A stretch of DNA of 64,000 nt, from the IMG/VR virus record IMGVR_UViG_3300017914_002709, positions 20,698 to 84,697 of that record, one strand, 5' to 3'. Under the pieces are notes generated by a model that saw only the letters and a program-made list of their open reading frames with translations, ran no database searches and was not told where the DNA came from. The stretch's first letter is position 1. Every line of letters begins with the position of its first letter. A program made the position numbers and the translations under genes. Shown here piece by piece: positions 49,309-56,963 of this stretch. This DNA comes from a virus.

Positions 49309-50546
49309 ACATCCTCAAACTTTCGTTGATTTCTGCTTGCATCTAGTTTGTGATTAAACTCTAATGTTTTTGGCCATAAGTCACTTAAATCTCTTGCTTG
49401 TAAGAAATTTATATTGTCTTGAATTTGTTGCAGTGTAATTGGCAGCAATCTTTTGTCTTTTTGCATGATTGCATAATGTGGAACGATATCTTTCATTTTT
49501 TCCAATTCGCTGATAACTTGTTGTTTGTATTTACTAGGCAAACATTGCGCACTTAGCACGTTTGGATAATTTACTCTGTGTGAATAAAACACAATGCCCA
49601 TTACATTTAGGAAATAATCAATGATACTGGGTAATTGCATTACATTGCCAGCTTGCACTGTGCAAGCACCTACAACATATTTTACATTATGAAAACTTTT
49701 GAACACTCGCACGTTTTCTTCTACATCAAGAAACTTGCCGTTTCCTCTAATATGCTCATATACATCGTGCAAGCCGTCTATGCTAACATTTACAACCACA
49801 TTCTTAAACTTTGGCCAATAGTCATGTATTGTTCTTCCGCCCTTTATACCTGTCACTGTACCGTTTGTAGCATACTTTAATTCTATGTTTTTGCCATTTG
49901 TTGCCAACAAGTCTAAAATCTTATAATGATTAGGATCCATTAGTGGTTCGCCACCAGCAAATTCTACTCTGCGGAAGTAAGGCAGTAACTTTTCCAAGTT
50001 TTCCCAAAACTCTGCACTGTCTTCAAACAAGCCAATGTATGGTGCTCGTGTTAGTCCTAGTTTACGCACAGCATCCACAAGGTAGTTACTCTCTTCTGCA
50101 TAAAATTCTTCAACTTGTTCCCAGTCTTTCCATTGTGTACTGTCAAGTGGATTGCACATACGACACTTGAGATTACACAAGTTGTTTATTTTGATTTCAA
50201 TAGTAGGAAATTCAAATGGCATAGTATAATCGTCATTGAGTTTGTTTAAAGCGTTGGGATATAAGTTTATACGTGCATCAGGAAAACTATCACGTATGTG
50301 TCTCTGCCGCAAACTTTCAACGCCTTGTGCTTCTAAGTCAAAACAAGGCACACATTCAGCTGGTATTTCATCATTTAGCACTTGCTCACGTACTCTAAGC
50401 ATGTTTTTATTATTCCATGCAGATTCTAATGACTCTTCTTGTATCCAACCAATAGGTAGACTGCGACAGCAAACTTTGATTGCACCATCTTCTCTGGTTG
50501 CTAGTCCTGTAAACGGATGCATACAAAATGTTTTACTTGAATGCAT
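49296..50546 (-). CDS. Radical SAM enzyme, subfamily A
   Basis: FCMHPF...VCC...CVPC, CNLKCRMC, AGGEPL; start moved from 50684 to ATG 50546. Confidence 0.9.
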   Translation of the reverse strand: MHSSKTFCMHPFTGLATREDGAIKVCCRSLPIGWIQEESLESAWNNKNMLRVREQVLNDEIPAECVPCFDLEAQGVESLRQRHIRDSFPDARINLYPNALNKLNDDYTMPFEFPTIEIKINNLCNLKCRMCNPLDSTQWKDWEQVEEFYAEESNYLVDAVRKLGLTRAPYIGLFEDSAEFWENLEKLLPYFRRVEFAGGEPLMDPNHYKILDLLATNGKNIELKYATNGTVTGIKGGRTIHDYWPKFKNVVVNVSIDGLHDVYEHIRGNGKFLDVEENVRVFKSFHNVKYVVGACTVQAGNVMQLPSIIDYFLNVMGIVFYSHRVNYPNVLSAQCLPSKYKQQVISELEKMKDIVPHYAIMQKDKRLLPITLQQIQDNINFLQARDLSDLWPKTLEFNHKLDASRNQRKFEDVCLR

Positions 50547-51228
50547 TTTGTATTCCCCATTCACGTTCTTTACACCAAAAACATTCATTACAAATTGGAA
50601 CCATTTGATAAGGTTTGTAAGTAGTATAGTCAAGTCCTTCAAATTCGCCTTCACAACTACGTGTAATTTCCAAAAGTTCTCCAATTTCTTGATTCACATA
50701 TTGTCTAATGATCCAATCCTTGCGAACTGAACTAAAAGGATGGCATATTGTTGCACCCATATATTCAGTTTCGGTAGGCAGCCTAGCATATTCTCTATCT
50801 TCGGGTGCACCATCAAAATTTTCTGTTGGATTAAGCGTTACAGCAGCATACCAAGCATCTAATTTATGCAAGTGTCCTATATATTCATTGTGTGCTCTAA
50901 GTATAATTCTATTACCAGGTTTGTCTTGTCCATACTCGTCTGTAATAAGTGTTGTGTTAGGTTCTTCCATTTCTGGAGGAATAAAGCCTTCTATTTGCTC
51001 AATGCGATTATTGAATTTTCCACGGAACCAACTTACCACATCTCTGGCAATCCAACGTTGCCAAGGGCGTGTTTTCCACATACGCACCTGTGTGGTAAAA
51101 TAAATATCAGCATTTGTGTTGCTCAACACAAAGTATGCCAGCAATGCACTATCAGCACCGCCACTCAAACTGATGCCAATGCGTTTCCATTCTTTTTTTA
51201 GTGGTATTGTTACGCCATCGATTACCAT
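50533..51228 (-). CDS. QueC-like PP-loop ATPase
   Basis: SLSGGADS PP-loop; TRSC...CNECFWCKER Zn-type Cys motif; ATG 51228 preferred. Confidence 0.7.
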   Translation of the reverse strand: MVIDGVTIPLKKEWKRIGISLSGGADSALLAYFVLSNTNADIYFTTQVRMWKTRPWQRWIARDVVSWFRGKFNNRIEQIEGFIPPEMEEPNTTLITDEYGQDKPGNRIILRAHNEYIGHLHKLDAWYAAVTLNPTENFDGAPEDREYARLPTETEYMGATICHPFSSVRKDWIIRQYVNQEIGELLEITRSCEGEFEGLDYTTYKPYQMVPICNECFWCKEREWGIQNAFK

Positions 51229-51246
51229 ATTATATTTTAACACAGT

Positions 51247-52053
51247 TTAGTAATGTGTCAAGTGTCCTATTCCTATACGTTCTTTGAAATCTTGTGTGAA
51301 TTTACAATCGATACGTAAACCATATTCCTGTTCCATGCTGTGCTCACCACCGTGCCAGTCTTGGTCGTTGAAAAAACAAGCATGTGAATTTACATAGTGT
51401 TTGCGTTTATGCTCAGGATCCCAAATATAAAAGCCACGCTTGGTATCTGGACGTATATGAATAAACTCTATGTTATGATCAGTGTAGTCGTGTGTGTCTT
51501 TGTCTAAATCTCTATGTTCAAATGGCTTGCTGCTGCTTTCACTTACAAAAAATATTACTCTACCTACGTGTTCAACAATATTATTTTTATGTAGTTGTGT
51601 AATCCAATTCATAACACCTGGAAAATACTCACTTTCTGGTGTAGGCTCACGTTCAACTTCGCCTCTGTCTTTCATATTAGTGCCTTCTTCTTGTAGCACA
51701 TAATATATGTAAGGATCATGTGCTCCAAGTGTACTTTTTAGATATCGCACAAACACATTACGCTGTTTGTAATCTGTAAAGTCTTGTGGAAACACTTTCA
51801 ATCCTTCTATTTTAACAGGGTCATCTTCTTCTAATTGTTGAAATTCTTGAAACGCACGATAGATAGGTTTCCAATTTGCTATATAGCTCATGTCATTGAA
51901 ATCAAATCCTGGCTCCATCCATGTGCCTTCTTTTGCATATTCACGAGATAACGCCATTCCTCGACAAATCTCAGGATGTAATTTCTTAAAACCGTCTATA
52001 TCTATAAAAGGATCTAAGTCAATATAGGGTAAGTTTTCGAATCCACGTATCAT
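51247..52053 (-). CDS. Fe(II)/2OG-oxygenase-like (cupin) protein
   Basis: GRVIFF...EHRD (HxD)...DWHGG...LRIDCKF; TAAGTA 5 nt upstream of ATG 52053. Confidence 0.55.
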   Translation of the reverse strand: MIRGFENLPYIDLDPFIDIDGFKKLHPEICRGMALSREYAKEGTWMEPGFDFNDMSYIANWKPIYRAFQEFQQLEEDDPVKIEGLKVFPQDFTDYKQRNVFVRYLKSTLGAHDPYIYYVLQEEGTNMKDRGEVEREPTPESEYFPGVMNWITQLHKNNIVEHVGRVIFFVSESSSKPFEHRDLDKDTHDYTDHNIEFIHIRPDTKRGFYIWDPEHKRKHYVNSHACFFNDQDWHGGEHSMEQEYGLRIDCKFTQDFKERIGIGHLTHY

Positions 52054-52058
52054 ACACA

Positions 52059-52075
52059 TACTTATTAATTAAATA
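52059..52075. promoter_or_regulatory. Back-to-back late-type promoters TAAGTA (-) and TAAATA (+)
   Basis: + TAAATA (52070-52075) CAGT ATG 52080; - TAAGTA (52064-52059) N5 ATG 52053. Confidence 0.6.
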
Positions 52076-52079
52076 CAGT

Positions 52080-52736
52080 ATGATTGACAACACTGAGTAT
52101 TTTGTAAACGTAGGACAAGTAGTAACGGCTGCTGAATTATGTAAAGACTGGAGTGGCAAAAATGTTTTAAACATGCCTAGTGGTGATTTCTTTTATGATG
52201 CTTGGAAAATTAGTCCACAATATGAAGGCACAATATTTGAAGATTTGTTAAGTGTACTGCCTGATGTAGGCGAAGCCCGCATCATACGGCAAGAATGTGG
52301 AACTTGCTATCAAGCACACAGTGATATTGATGACAGATATCATTTAAATCTTGCAGGCGATCATGCTTGTCTAATTGATCTAGATGATGGCAAAACATAT
52401 GATTTAAACGCCGACGGAAGGTACTATCTAATGAATGCAGGTAAAACACATAGTGCTGCAAACTTTGGAGAACAAGTTCGTTTTCAATTGGTTGTGCGCA
52501 AATTGTTAAAACGTGCTGATTGGGTAGATTGTAATGTAGAAATTATCGCCGGCGGAGACAATCCAAGATTTGCATTTGACAAATATATTTCACCTTTGTT
52601 AAATCAATGTAACAAACGTGATGTGATGAATAATTTTACTGTAACTGAAACAGGTGTTAAATTTACTACTAACAAAGTTTGGGCAAATTTATTTCTTGAC
52701 CATTTGCCTGTTGGCTTCAAGATAATCAAAGACTAA
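52080..52736 (+). CDS. Fe(II)/2OG-dependent oxygenase (Asp/Asn beta-hydroxylase-like)
   Basis: ARIIRQECGTCYQAHSD (HxD)...RYHLNL...KTHSAAN...RFQLVV. Confidence 0.7.
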   Translation: MIDNTEYFVNVGQVVTAAELCKDWSGKNVLNMPSGDFFYDAWKISPQYEGTIFEDLLSVLPDVGEARIIRQECGTCYQAHSDIDDRYHLNLAGDHACLIDLDDGKTYDLNADGRYYLMNAGKTHSAANFGEQVRFQLVVRKLLKRADWVDCNVEIIAGGDNPRFAFDKYISPLLNQCNKRDVMNNFTVTETGVKFTTNKVWANLFLDHLPVGFKIIKD

Positions 52737-54107
52737 TTTTTTGTCTTTGTCATTTGTTTCTATTTCAAAATAACTTGTATCACAATCCCAATTCATAGCA
52801 AGTTGCGCCCACATAAAGTCTGGAAACATACTATACCAATATGACACACGTTGTAATGTATTTTGTTTGTATTTTTCATAAATTTTTTGACTGTGATTTT
52901 CTTTGACGCCGATTTCACGCATGTCATTCCAAAATTTGTTTGTGCCTTTGTTACATAAACTGTAATGTGCTAGAATAAACAAAGCAGTATCGTCATATCC
53001 ATCGGTAATTATTTCATCAAACAGTTTATTGTTGTCAAACATAATTGTATCAACAGCTCTATAAACAGTTGCCAATGTATGCCATAAAGCATTTGCCTCC
53101 ATAGGTTCAACAAACCCGGCTGCCATTCCTATTGCAAACACATTACCTACTCTTGGATTCTTTAATCTGCCAGGAGTCCACTTTAACAGTCTAGGCTCAA
53201 CTAGTCCGTCTGTTTCTATGCTTTTGAAATATTTTAAAACTTCGTTGTCATTAAAATATTCGTCGCTGTAAACTATGCCTGTTCCTATTCTGTGTTGTAG
53301 ACTTATTTTAAATTGCCATCCGTATTCGTTTCTTATACTTCTTGTATAATATTTTGCATCTTTTCTTGCAACAGGCATTACCCAACTACTGTTTACTTTA
53401 TTATTTTCATAACGCACAAAATCTGCACCAACTTCATTCATTAGTATTCGATTAAAGCCTGTACAATCTAACCAAAAATCTGCTTGTATATTATTACCTT
53501 CAACTGTAACAGATTCTATTCCGTTATTGTTTGTTTTAATATTACTAACTGTGCCTTCGATAAATTGCACACCAAGTGGCTTTGATATATTTTCCATTAC
53601 CCAGTTACTAATACTTTGTGCATCAATATGATGAGAGGTTGCAAATATTTGTTTTGTATATTCTGGTACTTTGTTTGCTATCATATGGTTATATAATTCG
53701 TACCAACTGCTTTGAAAATCTGTAATAGTATTTTCTTGGTTTAATTTCACTGCTACATCTAAAATACTAGGTTCGTCTGTTCTAGCAATATACTTTTCAA
53801 AATCGTAGTCGTTTATATCTTTTAATGATTTGTTATATGTAAAACCAAAATGTTGATCTTTTGCAGTCCATCCTTCAAAACAATTAGATAACTTGAATTC
53901 ACTGTTGATTTCTTTCATCCATTGTGACTGATCAACACCGAAGTGTTGCAAAAAAGCCCAAACGTGCGGAGTAACACTTTCTCCTACACCGATTGTTGGA
54001 ATGTCTTTGCTGTAAATTTGTGTAACAGTAGCATCAGGAAAATTTTTCTTTGCCCATGCACCCGCGAATGCACCGGCAGTTCCTGCACCTACAATTGCAA
54101 TTCTCAT
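52689..54107 (-). CDS. Tryptophan-halogenase-family flavoprotein
   Basis: GAGTAG, IGVGES, FKLS (catalytic-Lys position), DCTGF, GWQFKISL, FVEPMEA. Confidence 0.8.
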   Translation of the reverse strand: MRIAIVGAGTAGAFAGAWAKKNFPDATVTQIYSKDIPTIGVGESVTPHVWAFLQHFGVDQSQWMKEINSEFKLSNCFEGWTAKDQHFGFTYNKSLKDINDYDFEKYIARTDEPSILDVAVKLNQENTITDFQSSWYELYNHMIANKVPEYTKQIFATSHHIDAQSISNWVMENISKPLGVQFIEGTVSNIKTNNNGIESVTVEGNNIQADFWLDCTGFNRILMNEVGADFVRYENNKVNSSWVMPVARKDAKYYTRSIRNEYGWQFKISLQHRIGTGIVYSDEYFNDNEVLKYFKSIETDGLVEPRLLKWTPGRLKNPRVGNVFAIGMAAGFVEPMEANALWHTLATVYRAVDTIMFDNNKLFDEIITDGYDDTALFILAHYSLCNKGTNKFWNDMREIGVKENHSQKIYEKYKQNTLQRVSYWYSMFPDFMWAQLAMNWDCDTSYFEIETNDKDKKLVFDYLEANRQMVKK

Positions 54108-54108
54108 G

Positions 54109-54702
54109 TTACAATCCTTCTAAAATAAATTCGGCTTCAGGCCAAACATGTGTTCTAAGATCGGTAATCCATTTTTGTGCATCAATTTTCCAAAAGGTTT
54201 GAAAATTATTTCTATAATCCAATTCAACAGGGTCTAATAAGTATCCGCGTCTATGCATAACTTTAGTCCAAGTTTTGTGAACTTTTTTCTGTGTAGCTGT
54301 TTCGTTTTCGTTTGTGCTTACATACATAGGTGTATCAACACCGCAATATTTAATACAAATAGGAAATAAAAATTGTGTTGTATAGTGACTAAAAGGGTTA
54401 CTATTATAGTTTTGCATTTTAAAATTATGTTCACCTCCTATTAAGTCTGGAAACAAACAAGTTCGAGCACCTATACGATAAGCATTTAAGCCTAAAATAT
54501 TTAATTCTTCTAAACTATGTAAGCAAACACTACCTACAACAGTTTCTTTCCAGTACAATAAGAAAGTAGCATAGTCTTTTAAGTGTCTCATATTATCGTG
54601 CAACATTTTTTGATTACAATTATTGAAGTATTGTCTTTCTTGTGCAACACGATAAAATTCTGATAAATCAAGATCTTCAGAAAACTTTTTGATACTAAAC
54701 AT
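54109..54702 (-). CDS. Hypothetical protein (possibly GNAT-like)
   Basis: FLLYWKETVVGSVCLH...AYRI beta-strand pattern; start 54702 or 54723. Confidence 0.45.
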   Translation of the reverse strand: MFSIKKFSEDLDLSEFYRVAQERQYFNNCNQKMLHDNMRHLKDYATFLLYWKETVVGSVCLHSLEELNILGLNAYRIGARTCLFPDLIGGEHNFKMQNYNSNPFSHYTTQFLFPICIKYCGVDTPMYVSTNENETATQKKVHKTWTKVMHRRGYLLDPVELDYRNNFQTFWKIDAQKWITDLRTHVWPEAEFILEGL

Positions 54703-55360
54703 AAATTTCTTTTGCCTTGTCAATAAAACTATCGGTATAATTTTCTCTAAAACTTTCTAGACAAATTTTAGCATAATAAGTATATGGCAATTTTTCGTTT
54801 TTGTCAATGTTATTTTGTTTGTAATAATCTAAAAGTTTTTGTGTTCTATTTTTACTTACATGATTTAATATATCTACAGTTGCTACTAATGGCTCGTTGT
54901 CTTGATAACAAAAAAAGTGATTAATTGTGCGTAATTGTCCGTTTACAATAAAATAACTGCTAGGATGCAAACTAAACTTCCAAAAGCCTTGACTTCTAAT
55001 CGACTTTAGTATATCTAACATCTGTTCTTCCCAGTCTGGTAATATTTTTTGATAATTTTCTACATTACAATTTGCTTGTTGCCAAAAGTCGTTGCCTTGT
55101 ATATGAAAAATAATTTCTTGTTTCTGTATATCAATGCTTTCAATTTCCAATGCAGTATTATTGTATACACTGTATACGAGTTCTTTTTGCCATTTTGCGT
55201 CTAAAATTTCTTGAGATAAACATTCGCCGTTGTGATACAACTGATCTGTTTTATATCTTATTTTGAATAGATTGTTTTTGCGATCAATAAGACTTGTGTA
55301 CACAAGATTATTCCTACACAATCCTTCTTTTGGAACATTGTTAAAGTAATATTCAAACAT
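54695..55360 (-). CDS. Hypothetical protein, kinase-fold-like, paralogue of 31706
   Basis: NNLVYTSLI versus QNAVYTPYI; KFSLHPSSYFI...LRTINHFFC versus KLNFVPHTCYI...LRVHDFYAC. Confidence 0.45.
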   Translation of the reverse strand: MFEYYFNNVPKEGLCRNNLVYTSLIDRKNNLFKIRYKTDQLYHNGECLSQEILDAKWQKELVYSVYNNTALEIESIDIQKQEIIFHIQGNDFWQQANCNVENYQKILPDWEEQMLDILKSIRSQGFWKFSLHPSSYFIVNGQLRTINHFFCYQDNEPLVATVDILNHVSKNRTQKLLDYYKQNNIDKNEKLPYTYYAKICLESFRENYTDSFIDKAKEIYV

Positions 55361-56919
55361 TAGCTATGCAAAGGTATAAACTTTGTTTCTCCGTTTACGG
55401 TAACCTGTAACCAACTATCTGGTGCAATTAGATCACTAGGAATAACGCCTGTTTCTCCTTCAACTTTCAAATCAGCTAGTGTAGTGTGTAACTTACCCCA
55501 TTTATCTATTTTGGTATATTGTGGCCCTGCTTCTACATTGTTGACAACAAATAACAATTCTCCACTAGTGCCATGTCCGTCTTGATCTGCTCTGCTATAA
55601 TCAAACACATCGTCGTCAGGTATCTTAGCACCTACATATGCAACAACGGATTTATTAATCAAGCCTGTTGTTGCAACAGTGCTATCAAAGTAACTGCTAT
55701 CATCTGCAGGCGCTCCAGTTTCAATTACAGTTGTAAAAGACAGAGCAGGCATTCCGTCACCAGGCTTAGATCCTTCAGGCTGCATCCAACTGCCACCTAT
55801 TCCACAAAGTTCGATACCTTGTTGGAACCAATGTGGAATATTTGGAATTTGATCTCTATAAAAATTTGCTTCGATAGCAGGTGTACTAAATGCACTTTCA
55901 ATATTGAGTCTTAAACCTTCGGCATCTATTTGCACACTGTCAATATCTACTGAACTTGCAAATAAATCTTTTGTATAAATTTTTTGTGCACTCAAGATAT
56001 TGTTATACGGGTCAAATACTTCCGCACCTGATTGCGCATAAAGATATCCTGTAAGACTTACATCTTGCCAATGTTCTGTTGTTGCATCATATTTAAGAGC
56101 ATTTGTATAAGGATTAAAAATATCTCCTGAATACTTTCCGTTGAATACTCCAGTGAATAATTCTGCTTCAGCAGTTTTTATTTTTAAATGATCACTGCTT
56201 GGACTATAAATCATTTCGCCTACTTCGTTGTGTATATTTCCTGAGAATGAACCAGTGAATTCTCCACTTACTTGTTGATGAAATGAAGCACTGTTAGCAG
56301 CAAAAACTGTTTCGCCTAAATCGTTTACAATTTCATTTGAAGATTCGGCAGCACTTTGGAACAAATCAAAAATATTATTACCGTTGTAATCAAAAAACTC
56401 TCCAGCGAAAGTACCTTTGAATGTTCCAGTTTCCTTGTCAAAGCTCATTCTTCCTGATTCGCTGTATAGATTACCATACACATCATGATTTAGTACACCG
56501 TTTTGTATGTCTACTTGATTTTCTGCTCCAATTACTTTGCCTTTAACATCACCATACCATATTTTGTCAGTTACATTAGCAACTACATTGCCCATATCGT
56601 CATACAAATCGCCTACGAAGTTACCTTTGAATCTACTGGCTTCGTAATCAAATACCATGTTGCCAAACCCGTCAATAAGGTTGCCTTCAATGTTGTGAGC
56701 AATGATGTTTCTACTGGAATGATCGATAATTTTTGAATTGTCTTTAGCACGTATATCACCTCTAAAGTTTCCGTAGAATGTTCTAGCACCCTCATCAAGC
56801 AGTATTTCTCCTGTGCTACTTGCAATATTTGCTTTTAGCGTATTTGTCCAACTGTCTAAAATTATTGTGCTATCTGCACCTTCGATATTAATACGGAAAT
56901 TTGCACCGTCGTAGATCAT
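55360..56919 (-). CDS. Repeat-rich fibre-like protein, 519 aa
   Basis: About 11 imperfect F-x-G-x-F-x-G-D-(I/L)-x-D-x-x-G-x-x-x-F-D units; C-terminal WLQVTVNGETKFIPL; AAGGAG SD at 56925-56930 (- strand). Confidence 0.6.
   Translation of the reverse strand: MIYDGANFRINIEGADSTIILDSWTNTLKANIASSTGEILLDEGARTFYGNFRGDIRAKDNSKIIDHSSRNIIAHNIEGNLIDGFGNMVFDYEASRFKGNFVGDLYDDMGNVVANVTDKIWYGDVKGKVIGAENQVDIQNGVLNHDVYGNLYSESGRMSFDKETGTFKGTFAGEFFDYNGNNIFDLFQSAAESSNEIVNDLGETVFAANSASFHQQVSGEFTGSFSGNIHNEVGEMIYSPSSDHLKIKTAEAELFTGVFNGKYSGDIFNPYTNALKYDATTEHWQDVSLTGYLYAQSGAEVFDPYNNILSAQKIYTKDLFASSVDIDSVQIDAEGLRLNIESAFSTPAIEANFYRDQIPNIPHWFQQGIELCGIGGSWMQPEGSKPGDGMPALSFTTVIETGAPADDSSYFDSTVATTGLINKSVVAYVGAKIPDDDVFDYSRADQDGHGTSGELLFVVNNVEAGPQYTKIDKWGKLHTTLADLKVEGETGVIPSDLIAPDSWLQVTVNGETKFIPLHS
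55960..56838 (-). repeat. Degenerate ~20-29-aa protein tandem repeats
   Basis: FYGNFRGDI, FKGNFVGDL, WYGDVKGKV, VYGNLYSESG, FKGTFAGEF, FTGSFSGNI, FNGKYSGDI, LTGYLYAQSG. Confidence 0.7.
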
Positions 56920-56928
56920 AAATTCTCC

Positions 56929-56957
56929 TTGACATACTTGTTCATTGTATATATACT
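56929..56957 (+). promoter_or_regulatory. Sigma70-type promoter TTGACA-N17-TATACT, probably leaderless
   Basis: -35 at 56929-56934, -10 at 56952-56957, ATG at 56964 only 6 nt later, no SD. Confidence 0.8.
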
Positions 56958-56963
56958 AGCAGT

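Noticed and set aside
50533-51228. 7-deazaguanine (preQ0/archaeosine) DNA-modification pathway built from the QueC-like gene, amidinotransferase and radical SAMs
   Set aside because: No FolE, QueD, QueE, ArcS or DpdA recognisable in the window; kept only as an alternative pending the rest of the genome
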